Origin: Eledone cirrhosa
Taxonomy: Eukaryota
Assembly (NCBI GenBank): GCA_964016885.1
Contig: OZ024741.1
Location: 379,502,001 to 379,566,000 of the forward strand
Direction of reading: 5' to 3'
DNA: 64,000 bases
In this document: in pieces, positions 27,896 to 42,781 of the stretch
Layout: each line of letters opens with the position of its first letter
Position numbering within the stretch: the first letter of the stretch is position 1
Notes under the pieces: generated by a model
Database searches by the model: none
Told to the model about the DNA's origin: nothing
The model's input: only the letters and a program-made list of their open reading frames with translations
Program-made: the position numbers and the translations under genes

Positions 27896-28419
27896 ATAAT
27901 AAATTCAATCTAAAGCTTTATTTTACCATCTAATGAACAAGTTTTATACTTTGAAAGACAGCTTATACTCTTCTATGTACAAACAACGCCCATGATGAAA
28001 GCGCCAGTTGACCGTAAGCTTATTGGATAACGATGTAGAACTATCTGTTGAAAAGGCAAGGGCTCAGCCGCTGCGTCCCAACGCTTTCTAATATATATAT
28101 ATATGAATATATTTTTGTGTGTGGGTTTGTGTACGTGTGTGTGTGTGTGTGTGTGGTGGGTGCATGTGAGTGTAGGCCTATGAACGCAAGCGTTCGCGTG
28201 TGTGTATGTCTTCGTTTAGACGTGGAATTTCTGAATTGATTTAGGATCTTTTGCCGTACTTTAGTATATGATTAGAGGATACGTGCATCCTTGCGCAGAC
28301 AAAGAATGATTATCAGCATATGTTTGCTATTACATATTTTCCCCTTTATGTCTTGCTATAAGACATTTTTACGTAGTCAGAAATGGAGAGAAACATTCTA
28401 ATACAAATGTCATGTATAA

Positions 28420-28483
<64 letters not shown>

Positions 28484-28523
28484 GATATTAAATAAATGGA
28501 AACTATATTTATAAAACCATATT

Positions 28524-28590
28524 TATTTCATTATATATATTTCAGGGATATCATATTAAAAATATGGTATGCCTTCTTCAGACAAAATAC
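28524..28590 (-). ncRNA. Type I hammerhead ribozyme (PLE pLTR)
   Basis: gtattttgt-CTGAAGA-stem II-GAAA-TATATA-TA-atgaaata. Confidence 0.8.
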
Positions 28591-28858
28591 AATATAAACA
28601 GTCTTATAAATAGATAGATTTGACATACCTTACAACTTCAACTTCCATTTAAAAAGTTGATTTGGTAGTGAAAAATGTTAGGGACAGTTATAAAAAGAAA
28701 GAAAGAAAAAAAGCGAAGAAAAAGAGCGAAGAAAAAGAAGAAATGCATTCAACTAAACAGAGAGAGATAGATATAGAGAGATAGATAGAGAGAAGGAATT
28801 CATGTAAAGAAACAGAGAGAGATAGATAGAGAGAGAAAAAACACAGGGGGAGATAGAT

Positions 28859-28890
<32 letters not shown>

Positions 28891-30027
28891 AAAAATAGAG
28901 AGAGATAGATATAGATAGAGATAGAGAAAAAGAAAATAGGTAGTTGGGCACCAGTTGAATGACGTATCCATGATATATTTATTTATTTATTTATTTATTT
29001 GGTTCTAGTATTAAGGTAGAGAGAGATATATGTGGTTAGGAGAGAAAACAGCCGTTACATAGAGAGAAAAGAAAAATATCCAGAGATAAACGAGGCAGAT
29101 TTAAAACATTATGTTTCATCAACGTAAAAATATCAATTCGTATGAATTAGGTATTATAATGTAAATATCAGTATTCATGAATGAGACACGTATCAATAAT
29201 GTGTGAAAAATAATGATCATATGTCTAGTTTAAAATTCCTAGGTTTATATCAGAACTGAGTTAAAAAACTGAGATAAAAAAAACTGAGATAAAAAACTGA
29301 GATCAAAAAAAAAAAAAAAAAAAACTTCAAAAAAAAATTGAAATACATAAGTATATATGCACTTTCATGAAAAAAGAAAAAAAAGAAAAAGAAAAAGAAA
29401 ATAGAAGGTTATCCCAGATTCGATACTATAGACTTCCATATGAATTTACGTGATCAACTCTGCAAATTCCTATTTCACATGAAAACATTCTCATTGTGCT
29501 ATAAAAATTCTAGTATACATACATGTGTACATACACACAAATATATATAGAATCTACATTAATTTTAACAATACTATTCTTGTCTTTACTCTACATGATT
29601 ATCGTTCAAGCATAAATAGACAACAGATATCAATATATCAATAAAAATATCAAAAAATAAAAAAATATTAAAAATAAAACACAGTATGCCCCGCAAATCA
29701 ACCACAGAGATCAACCCTTCAAAATTAATTGACAATATATTGCCAAGTTCATTATAAGCATCAGAATCAAAAGCAAACAAAACCAAAATTATTTACCAAA
29801 TCCTGTCTAGCAGAAATCATTCCAAAAGTTTAGGATACTCATTTGATCTACAGATGTTCTTATATTTATTATAGAAGTTTATCTAGTGTAAAATTTATTC
29901 GATATATTTGGAGCATCAGCTTTTAGGGTAGTTTAATTATTCATGAAGAATGTTTAAGAAAAAAAAAAAAAAAAAAAAAAAAAAGAAATCGAAAGATTTA
30001 TCGGCGAGTTTCATAAATAATTATATA

Positions 30028-32277
30028 TCATAAGTAAATATACAACATTTTAAATTTATATTTATATTTAAAAGTTGAGTTCAATCTATGTCTGCAGCAA
30101 CTGAATAAATTTGTCCGTAAATTAAGGGAATTTTTAGATTTTAGTATAAAGAATATCTCCTCCGCGCAGAGGTCACATGTCTCAGAGGATGAATTAAAAG
30201 GAATCCCTCTTGAGACTATATTCCAAGCCGTCGAATATCCAACGTTATCATGCTTAAGTTGCCAGAGTAAGCCTGATAGTGATGTTGAAGATTTTTTGCT
30301 TGGATCTGTGAAAGAATTCTTGTGGTTATTATAGCGAAGTTTAAATTCTGTCGAAGTCGAACCAACATAGTTAAAAGAATTTAAGTCCGTTTTAACATTA
30401 CAGTTGTATATTATATTTTTAACTAAGCAATTGTTATTTAACGGACATTTAGACCTATCTCTACAGTTACATTTGTTTACTTGGATATTATTTATGCTAT
30501 TATCGGTATTTTGGCTAAGTTTTAAATTCCTATTATTTATTCTATTAATATTTTGTGCTAAATTTTTGGTGGATGAGTAAGTTAATTTTATAGTATGTCT
30601 ATTGAAAATTGAGTGATACCTATGTGTTGTAGGGAAGCGATTATCAAAAGCATTAAAAAATAGTTTAGCGATGTGGGTTTTAATGTTTAGTGAGAAGGGG
30701 GGGGGGGGGGGGGGGCAAACCATATTATATTCCTAGTTCTATTTCTTTTTTGGCTTTTGGAATTATTGTAATGCTTTCTATTATAGTTGTTAAAGTTGTT
30801 GCCGTAATTAAAATTGTTGTTATTTTGGTTAGTTTGTCTATTATTATCTATGTACATAATTTTATCACTATATCCTGCTCTAGCTAACGCTTCATTGTAA
30901 TACTGGGCTTTTTCGTCGAAAATCTTTTTATTAGATGAGATTCTAGAGATACGTTTTTGAACAGAGTTCACTATAGTATTTTTAACAGATCTGGGGTGGT
31001 TAGAGTTAAAACTGACATAGTTTAAGTTTTCATTCAACTTGTGAAATGGATAGTGAAGACATGTGTTGAGATTTAATGTTACATCTAGGAAATTGACTAT
31101 TCTATGGTTATTCTCAATTTCTATTTTTAGATTAAAGTAATTAAAAAATTGTGTAATTTGTTTTCTTTTTCTATTTAGTTCAGAGTTATTATTTTCAATA
31201 AGTAAAAGCATGTCATCTCTATATAAACCTCCGGTAGCACCGGGTATTTTCCTATGCAGCGAATTGATTATAAATAGGCCCACAAGGTCAGTTACCTGAG
31301 CTGAGTCGGATGATCCCATAGTAATGTCGAAATTGTTATCTCTATCTGCTCTGGTCCATAGTTGGTCATTAAATTCTATCAATGTTTTCCTAGCCGATAA
31401 TATAATGTGCATTTCATCGCTAGTTAGGTCTGTATGTTTGAATGCGTAATTTAGTGCCTTATTTAGTAGATTAGGGGTAATAGATGAATAATAGTTAGCA
31501 ATATCTAGTTGAATAAATGTATTATTATTGTTATATTTAATTTCTTTAAACCACTCAATAACCTCTCCAGTTCCCTTCCACAAGCTCAAGTTAGGTAAAC
31601 AATTCAAGTTTTTAATTTGCTGTATCACCCTGTCTAGAATGTTTTTGCTTAGTTTACCCAGGTCAGATTTTGATGGTGCAATCAATCTGACTGGCAGGTC
31701 ATTTTCAAAATTTCTTTTTGTGGTCTTTCATATTGATCTTCGGTTTCCTGGGCACGAAAGGTTGTGTTCTGTTCTCAATTTCCAACTCATGCATTATACA
31801 AGATGCCTCAACATTCATTTTCTCAAGCTCGGCCTTATCTGCTACCTTGTACTTTTTCCTCAGTTCTTTCAGTATGAGGCCATTATACATGTCATTTTGC
31901 ACTCCATAGAGGTTGTTGGTCTTGTCAGATTTCACCAAGATCTTCTCGGTTTTCTCTAAGCTCTCAATATTATCCTTAATGCCTTTCAGATATTCCTGGC
32001 CTTTGAAGATTCTCTTGAATTTGACTCCTTGTATGATAGAAATTATATCGTTTTCAAAGTCAAATAAAAGTTTGTTGGGGGGTGGATTTTTTTTAGATTT
32101 GAAAACTTTGTCTAGGTCCGAGACATTTTCATTTATATTAGATTTATCAAAGTGGAATGCACGCCACCCGATTCTCCTTATAAAAGAGTCCGATTTATCT
32201 ATTAATTGTTTAATAAAGTCTTTGTTTCTAGGTAGAGGTATGTCTTTTAAAGAGGAAGAAATCTTAAAGAATTCCAT
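30028..32277 (-). CDS. PLE RT-GIY-YIG polyprotein (~750 aa) split by two frameshifts in homopolymer runs
   Basis: SLKDIPLP, KSDKT, DIANYYSSI, ITMGSSDSAQ, GLYRDD, FLDVTL, SNHP, CNC..CPL...CL, IIY..YVGST, CDLC, CRH; breaks at ~31710 (A run) and ~30700 (C run). Confidence 0.85.
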
Positions 32278-32455
32278 TTTTTCAGTTATAATATAAAGCG
32301 CTCAACAGTATTGGAGCGAGATATATGCAAAGTTTTATTTAAATTGTTGGGTTACAACGAGTAAATATTTATAACTGATATAAAAGCTCTCAACAAGTAT
32401 TTGGAGTATATTTACGATATTAAATAAATGGAAACTATATTTATAAAACCATATT

Positions 32456-32522
32456 TATTTCATTACATATATTTCAGGGATATCATGTTAAAAATATGGT
32501 ATGCCTTCTTCAGACAAAATAC
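32456..32522 (-). ncRNA. Type I hammerhead ribozyme (pLTR copy)
   Basis: CTGAAGA...GAAA-TATATG-TA. Confidence 0.78.
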
Positions 32523-32749
32523 AATATAAACAGTCTTATAAATAGATAGATTTGACATACCTTACAACTTCAACTTCCATTTAAAAAGTTGATTTGGTAG
32601 TGAAAAATGTTAGGGACAGTTATAAAAAGAAAGAAATAAAAAAAGCGAAGAAAAAGAGCGAAGAAAAAGAAGAAATGCATGCAACTAAACAGAGAGAGAT
32701 AGATATAGAGAGATAGATAGAGAGAGAAAAAACACAGAGGGAGATAGAT

Positions 32750-32783
<34 letters not shown>

Positions 32784-33296
32784 AAATAGAGAGAGATAGA
32801 TATAGATAGAGATAGAGAGAAAGAAAATAGGTAGTTGGGCACCAGTTGAATGACGTATTCATGAAAGTGCATATATACTTATGTATTTCATTTTTTTATC
32901 TCAGTTTTTTTAACTCATTTTTTTAACTCAGTTTTGATATAAACCTAGGAATTTTAAACTAGACATATGATCATTATTTTTCACACATTATTGATACGTG
33001 TCTCATTCATGATTACTGATATTTACATTATAATACCTAATTCATACGAATTGATATTTTTACATTGATGAAACATAATGTTTTAAATCTGCCTCGTTTA
33101 TCTCTGGATATTTTTCTTTTCTCTCTATGTAACGGCTGTTTTCTCTCCTAACCACATATATCTCTCTCTACCTTAATACTAGAACTAAATAAATAAGTAA
33201 ATAAATAAATATATCATTGATACGTCATTCAACTGGTGCCCAACTACCTATTTTCTTTCTCTCTATCTCTATCTATATCTATCTCTCTCTATTTTT

Positions 33297-33328
<32 letters not shown>

Positions 33329-33595
33329 ATCTATCTCCCTCTGTGTTTTTTCTCTCTCTATCTCTCTCTCTCTGTTTCTTTACATGAATTCCTTCTCTCT
33401 ATCTATCTCTCTATATCTATCTCTCTCTGTTTAGTTGAATGCATTTCTTCTTTTTCTTCGCTCTTTTTCTTCGCTTTTTTTCTTTCTTTCTTTTTATAAC
33501 TGTCCCTAACATTTTCACTACCAAATCAACTTTTTAAATGGAAGTTGAAGTCGTCAAGTATTTCAAATCTATCTATTTATAAGACTGTTTATATT

Positions 33596-33662
33596 GTATT
33601 TTGTCTGAAGAAGGCATACCATATTTTTAATATGATATCCCTGAAATATATATAATGAAGTA
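33596..33662 (+). ncRNA. Type I hammerhead ribozyme (inverted pLTR copy)
   Basis: CTGAAGA-AGGCATACCATAT..ATATGATATCCCT-GAAA-TATATA-TA. Confidence 0.8.
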
Positions 33663-33788
33663 AATATGGTTTTATAAATATAGTTTCCATTTATTTAATA
33701 TCGTAAATATACTCCAAACACTTGTTGAGTGCTTTTATATCAGTTATAAATATTTACTCGTTGTAACCCAACAATTTAAATAAAACTT

Positions 33789-33850
<62 letters not shown>

Positions 33851-33852
<2 letters not shown>

Positions 33853-34062
33853 AGAAAGTATGACCACGATGGCAGAGCTCAAGCCGTTTCGACGGCTATT
33901 TCTGGACTAAAGTCTTTATTCCAGAAATAGAAATAGCCGTCGAAACGGCTTGAGCTCTGCTGTCGGGGTCATACTTTCTCCTATTACCCACTCTACTACG
34001 CTAAGTATTGAGTACTCTGGTGCGTTATGGTCCATCTGGTTCCTTACCACAACACCTCCGTT
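33851..34062. mobile_element. Inverted pLTR-end mini-insertion of the 47507-50730 PLE family
   Basis: Two opposed partial copies of GAAACGGCT..GCYGTC end; hairpin at 33990-34016; (AT)n flanks. Confidence 0.75.
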
Positions 34063-34212
34063 ATATATATATATATATATATATATGTAGGAGGTGAGTT
34101 TTATTGTAGTACAATAAAGCAATGCAGATATCGGATAAGAAGCACTCTACAGTTTGTGGGACTGGAGTATGCATAATATAAGATCAAAAGATGGTTAAAG
34201 GAGTTCAATATA

Positions 34213-34279
34213 TTTTATTATGCGCATTTCAAAAACAAACATCATCAAACAATAATATTTGTGTTTTCATCAGATAAAA
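34213..34279 (-). ncRNA. Type I hammerhead ribozyme
   Basis: Mirror copy of 34404-34470. Confidence 0.82.
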
Positions 34280-34403
34280 CAGGAGAACATGATATGAAGG
34301 CTAAAAAAACACTTGTTGATAGTGCAGTTTTAAATCAACATATGTTGATTTAAAACTGCACTATCAACAAGTGTTTTTTTAGCCTTCATATCATGTTCTC
34401 CTG

Positions 34404-34470
34404 TTTTATCTGATGAAAACACAAATATTATTGTTTGATGATGTTTGTTTTTGAAATGCGCATAATAAAA
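34404..34470 (+). ncRNA. Type I hammerhead ribozyme
   Basis: ttttat-CTGATGA-stem II-GAAA-TGCGCA-TA-ataaaa. Confidence 0.85.
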
Positions 34471-34502
34471 TATATTGAACTCCTTTAACCATCTTTTGAT
34501 CT

Positions 34503-34545
<43 letters not shown>

Positions 34546-34702
34546 AAGGTTAAACAAGGTTCAATGAATAAATCAAAGAATGAGTTTTACAATAGATTGG
34601 AAGCACTCAACAGATGGTTTTCCGGAGTTATTAATATTAATTAAATGCTAACGTTAATGAATCTTAACCATCTACTATATCAGGGTATCTCATGCATCAT
34701 AT

Positions 34703-34769
34703 TATTTTATCTGATGAGGAGGAACTGTTGAAGTTAACTCAGTACCTCTGAAATATCTATAATAAAATA
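34703..34769 (+). ncRNA. Type I hammerhead ribozyme in mini-element 34543-34812
   Basis: tattttat-CTGATGA-GGAGG..CCTCT-GAAA-TATCTA-TA-ataaaata. Confidence 0.78.
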
Positions 34770-34812
34770 TACTTGATCATAAGAATATCTATTTTGTTAA
34801 TATTTTGAATTA

Positions 34813-34843
<31 letters not shown>

Positions 34844-34981
34844 AGCAGAAAGGGTATTCAATTTGTTGGTAATTCAACAAATATAAATGTTTATAAATGA
34901 TTTCAGAGCACTCGACAGGATTTCTGGAGTATAATATTCAATGATATTAAATAAATGGAAACTATATATATAAAACCATAT

Positions 34982-35045
34982 GTATTCTATTATATATATT
35001 TCAAGGGTAACAAAAACTTTGGTACGCTTTCATCAGATAAAATAC
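34982..35045 (-). ncRNA. Type I hammerhead ribozyme in pLTR remnant starting at 34843 (relative of the 28482 family)
   Basis: gtattttat-CTGATGA-AAG..CTT-GAAA-TATATA-TA-atagaatac. Confidence 0.8.
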
Positions 35046-35593
35046 AAAGTGTGTTTTGTAAATTTTGACATAGGCAAGGAACATACCTTAACGGTTGAAG
35101 TTTCCCTTGGATACTGGATTTAAGACAGATTTTTTCAAAATTGTTAAGATGAGTATGCAAATGAATATGTAAATGAGGTTGAGGTATATGTTTGAAAAAA
35201 AAACTTATTTTAGACGCTATGGAGAATTTAGATATGTGATTGTATGTGTCGGAATGAAAGAAAAGGAAGAACAAGAAAAAGAAGAAGGAAAAAAGAAAAG
35301 AAGACCTCGTATTTACGTTAATTTGGGGGAACAAATTTGAATATTTATCTATATTATGTATATACTTATTACAATATTGTAGTAGGTTATATGTATACAT
35401 ATCTGTATATATTAATAATTGCATATGTATTAGTATTAAAGAGATATAGATAATTTATAATTATTAGTTGTATATAATATGAGTTATGAGGGAAATTGAT
35501 TTTGTGTTTTATGTAAATAAATAGGTAGTTCAAGTTATGAGAGTAGAACACTTTAAAGATTTGAATATTTTGTTCAGCATTGAAAATGTTTTC

Positions 35594-35701
35594 ATAATTG
35601 TTTCTACTTTAGGCACAAGGCCAGCAATTAACCAGTGAATTACTGGTACTTTATTTTATCGACCCCGTAAGGATGAAAGGCAAAGTCAACCTCGGCGGGA
35701 T
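35594..35701 (-). mobile_element. SINE 3' fragment
   Basis: Reverse complement of the Deu/Nin core and tail. Confidence 0.8.
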
Positions 35702-36036
35702 GTTTTCATAATGTTCTCATAATATTGTTAATTTAGCGAAGTTACGTATATAATAAGTTTACACTATTGAGAAAGGAAAGATAACTCCAATTTTGTTAGT
35801 TAATCGATAAATTTGAAGAGTTAGTGCGAGATTAATTATTTTAGTCGAAAGATATGTGAATGTTTGAAAATCAAAAAAGAGGCGATACTTACTGTGCTTA
35901 TCTAAGAAACTGTCGTGAAGAGGATACATTTTTCTAATGTCAGTTAATGATTATTAATCTACATCTAAAAAATATATCTTTAGAGGGTGTCATTAGAAAA
36001 ATAATAATGTAGGAGTTAAATATTAAAAATTAAAAT

Positions 36037-36076
<40 letters not shown>

Positions 36077-36544
36077 AATATATATATATATGTATATATT
36101 AAAAGAAATTTTTCCTCGAAAGGTAACAGTATTACAAATATTACAGATAATCACATTTAAAAATATTGAAATATTGAAAATATTAAACATTTTAAATTGT
36201 TAAAGAGGATAGGATCATTTTGAGGTTTATAGGAATATTATAAATTAAACATAGTTCTGAACGTGGAATTTTGGCGATGTCTGCAAGAAGAAAATAACTC
36301 TGTTCTGTTCTACGTACCCATCGCAGCAAGAGATGGAACTACTGCATGTTAACTTCGTACGACACGCCATAGAAATAATTATAACGAATGAATACTTTAT
36401 ATAAACACAGCGTCTTTATAAACGTTATCCATATACTGATTATCTAGCGTAACTACACAATACGAATGTAGTGAGCCTTCTCCTGCTTAATCCTCTTTTT
36501 ACCAAAGTGGCAACCCACTTCACATTTTTACTGGACACTCACAC

Positions 36545-36649
<105 letters not shown>

Positions 36650-36878
36650 ACCCACACACACACACATAATCACACAGACAGAAACACACACAGATGTCTA
36701 TACTCTTTTAGTCTTCTACCTGTTCCAGCCTTCCGGCCGAGGCCATGCTGGGGCACCGCCCTTGTTGTTACATATTCTATGTCCAGTCTGTGTTGGCCGG
36801 CCAGGGAGTTCGTACATATGTATTTGGGGAGAGAGAGAGAGACTTATATGTATATACATACATATATATATATATATA

Positions 36879-36941
<63 letters not shown>

Positions 36942-36942
36942 T

Positions 36943-39404
<2,462 letters not shown>

Positions 39405-39639
39405 TACATATATACATATATATTTGTGTGTGTATACATATATTATTTCTATCCTTTTAGCTGTGATATTGTTGGGGCTAAATTTATTACATTTGTCAAT
39501 ACGTAAAAGTATAAGAAGTAATTATGGATTTGATACATCAATTAGCTTTTCTAGAGTCATAACTCTGCAAATACCGCTGTTTTTCTTTTTCTGTTTTTGT
39601 TTTTTTTTTTGTTTTTGCTCTTTCGGTGTGCATGCAAAT

Positions 39640-40240
39640 CTATAAGTAGTCTTTTACATTGGGAGATATTATTCGCAGGCATCTCGCAATATTGCTTATA
39701 ACAGATATATCTCACTCTTAACAGATACAACTTACACCTAACAGATACATCACGACAATCTATGTGACATATATTTAGAATCTTGTGAATTTCTATTGAG
39801 GCTTTGCTATTAATAGGAGATGGTTCAGTCATCCATATATTAGTAAATGCTATGTTCCCGGTTATGGACACTGTAGAGCAAGATCTTATGGTATATGAAA
39901 CAGAAACCATTAACTGCCTGACAGTTTGCCAATCGACTGTCCAAATAATATATCCACAAAAGAAACAAAACTTTTTAAATATCACTCACCAAATACTAGA
40001 TAATCTCTCGAGATGTAACATAACAAGAAAATGTGTCGGAAACCACAAATAAAATAAAAGATACTTTGTTCGGCAAGTTAATTTGATTAATGTAAAATTT
40101 ATTCAGTCATTCGGAAGATTTGCCACTCAGATCATGGCATAATCTCTCTCGTATTATCAGAAGAAATTCCTGGAGCCTAGACTATTTAAATTCGTTATCA
40201 GTAATCCCGCTACGTCTGATGACATCTGATGGGTATCTCC
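39640..40240 (+). pseudogene. Highly degenerate PLE 3' (GIY-YIG region) remnant
   Basis: Weak translation hints (PYISKC.VPG.GHC, HQI, KFLEPRL) followed by CTGATGA. Confidence 0.3.
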
Positions 40241-40392
40241 TACATACCACACATGTATACAACATACACACATTAAATCACATATTTAAATGCATAATAC
40301 ACTATATACACACGTATATATATCTAAATATAATAGCAACGTATGTATGTAATAAACATTCATGTATACAATATTTAGAGGTGCACACAGTG

Positions 40393-40447
<55 letters not shown>

Positions 40448-40766
40448 TGTGTGTGTGGGGGGGGAGTGTGTGTGTGCGTGCGTTTGTGTGCGTGCGTGTG
40501 TGTGCGTGCGAACGGGAAATTGTATTAATGTGTACATATGTGTGCAGTGAAAGATATATGTGGCTGAATTTGGAAACGTATCACTCCCATTGTCATATCT
40601 ATCATACGTCTTAAATATCTGTTTTTACACAGGGGAGAAATAAGAAGTATGTAAAACAGAAATGTGGTGTTTGTTTAACACTTTTCCGCTCTTACACTCA
40701 TTTTCCTAACTTTCTTTATGTCTCTCTCAGCCTCTCTATCTATCCCCCTCACTCTCTCTCGCTCTC

Positions 40767-40818
<52 letters not shown>

Positions 40819-40840
40819 CATATGTATATATATACTTAAG

Positions 40841-40889
<49 letters not shown>

Positions 40890-41221
40890 TTCATAGAATT
40901 ATATATACATATATATACACATACATATCTGTATGTATGTTTGCATACAAAAATACTCCTCACAGATAAAATTTACAATCTAGAATGTGATAACTTTCGT
41001 TTCACAGAGAATTTGATTTACAATATCTCCTGGCAACTAAAGAATCACCAATCAACATTATTTTGATTAAGGTTAAAATTGTCCAATCTGCGACGGTTAT
41101 ACTTTTATTTGCTTTTAATATTGTCTGAACGAAGAGAATAAAAATTATCATGTTCATAAAGTGGATAACAATTTTCTCTAGGAAGAATTCAAGTAGACAT
41201 CATTGTACAAGATGTACCTGA

Positions 41222-41406
41222 TGAGAATTGGCAGTGTCGGTAGAGTGTTGGACGCTATGCTTTCAATTAAGTTACGTCCCATTACAGTCTGAGTTCAAAT
41301 CCCTTCGAGATTAACTTTGCCTTTCATCCTTACGCGGTCGATAAAATAAAGTAGCTTTAATGTACTGGGTAATTGCTGGCCTTGTGCCAAAAGTAGAAAC
41401 AATTAT
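41222..41406 (+). mobile_element. tRNA-derived Deu/Nin-core SINE
   Basis: Homologous to other copies. Confidence 0.82.
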
Positions 41407-41979
41407 TTCCATAATATTCCTTGTTTATTAAGCATTTCAATGGTAACTATGTAACTCAGGTGTCAGTCCCCATATACGTAAACCTCGGTAAGTATTGGCC
41501 AAGTCATTCATATTGTAATTTGGTAAGGGGAAATTACAGAGGCAGGTCCTATATATATATATATATCAAAATAGAAAACGGATTTAATGACTCACATTAA
41601 TCCTTTATAACTTAATGGGTTCAAGAAATAGATTCCACGCTCTTTATATATCAGTATATAGAGAGAAGTACGCATAGATGTATGCATTTTATCATAGGGG
41701 TTATAAAACACACCATATTGATGAACATATTTTTCTAAGTAAAGAAATGTGATTCACAGCACACAACACACAAACACAAGATGGTATAGGACAGAGAAAA
41801 GGAGAGACACAATATCAAATCCCTGTCTCTGGTGAGGTCATAGAATGTATGACGAAAGTGCTTTGACAAAATATATACAACCATCAGGTTATTAAACCGG
41901 CCAACCAACCAAAAAGTTCAAATAAATTAATATTTGAGTATGTATTTATGTTTCGCAACATATCATATCGACAATGCCC

Positions 41980-42420
41980 CTCCTAGCTCGAGCCGGGGGG
42001 GGGGGGGGGCTGGACTGAGGGGACGGCAAAAGGCCAGACGGTATGACCATCTTCCCGTTCCGATGTGGCAAACCCCTCGTCTGGGACGCCACTTGCGGTG
42101 ACACTTTCTCCAGCCACAACTTAGTGCAGTCTCTGACTAACCCATGTACTGCTACACGTCGGGCTGAGGAGGCCAAACTGTCCAAGTACCGGTCGCTCTC
42201 CGACAGGTTCGTGGTCGTGCCCTTGGCAGTGGAGACTTCTGGTGTCCTTCGTCTTAGGGCTAGCTCCCTATTCACCACCAAAGGCGCTGAGCTGGCCAGC
42301 CACTGATGTCAGCCTCGCGAGTTGGAATGGCTCTTCCAGCGCATCTCCCTTACCATTCACGCCTTCTCCATCCTGCCCACCGGGGCTGTCGAGAGGCCAG
42401 CACGTGGAACCCCATTTGCT
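41980..42420 (+). mobile_element. CRE-like non-LTR retrotransposon 3' fragment (restriction-like endonuclease)
   Basis: DGKRPDGMTIFPF..GKPLVWDATCGDT..AEEAKLSKY..PLAVETSG. Confidence 0.75.
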
Positions 42421-42781
42421 GACCCTACGGATTAACTACACTGTTTGACATCAATTTTTTTAAAATAAATGAATAAAACGTAATTTTTAAAAAATCGATA
42501 AAATAGGTACCAAGCATGAAAATATAAATACCGTGGCCCACATGTTCGTCTATATCAAGCTTTGACCTCATCATGGGTGCAATGTAATGTCTAAAACTAT
42601 TAAGATTATAAATTAGTAAATAATCCCCAGCTGGGCTTTGAATACCAAATTCTCTTATCATACAATTATCTAAACATTGTCGAAATGGAAGTACGTGTAA
42701 TGTTGAAACTGTATGTCTGAAGCTTTGTCTCGTATTAAAATAGACAGTGGGCATACATCTTAAGATTATATGTATTATGTT

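Larger units (their letters stand above)
28482..33793 (-). mobile_element. Near-complete Hydra-clade-like PLE with 3' pLTR, upstream partial pLTR and inverted pLTR (32862-33793)
   Basis: pLTR copies 28482-29370 (-), 32280-32870 (-) and 32862-33793 (+); (AT)n at both ends. Confidence 0.9.
34087..34510. mobile_element. Palindromic PLE pLTR mini-element
   Basis: Spacerless inverted repeat 34173-34510 centred at 34341/34342, plus unique tail 34087-34172. Confidence 0.85.

Noticed and set aside
30028-32277. Selenoprotein/SECIS Naiad-type PLE
   Set aside because: Endonuclease is C-terminal and there is no in-frame TGA at Cys positions
34602-34630. Twister ribozyme (TAACTCC, AAGC/GGAG words)
   Set aside because: Words lie on inconsistent strands and pseudoknot pairings are missing
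34895-34930. CTGTCGA-GTGCTCT-GAAA on the minus strand as a hammerhead
   Set aside because: No stems I or III; it is the signal hairpin and GAAA is absent in other copies
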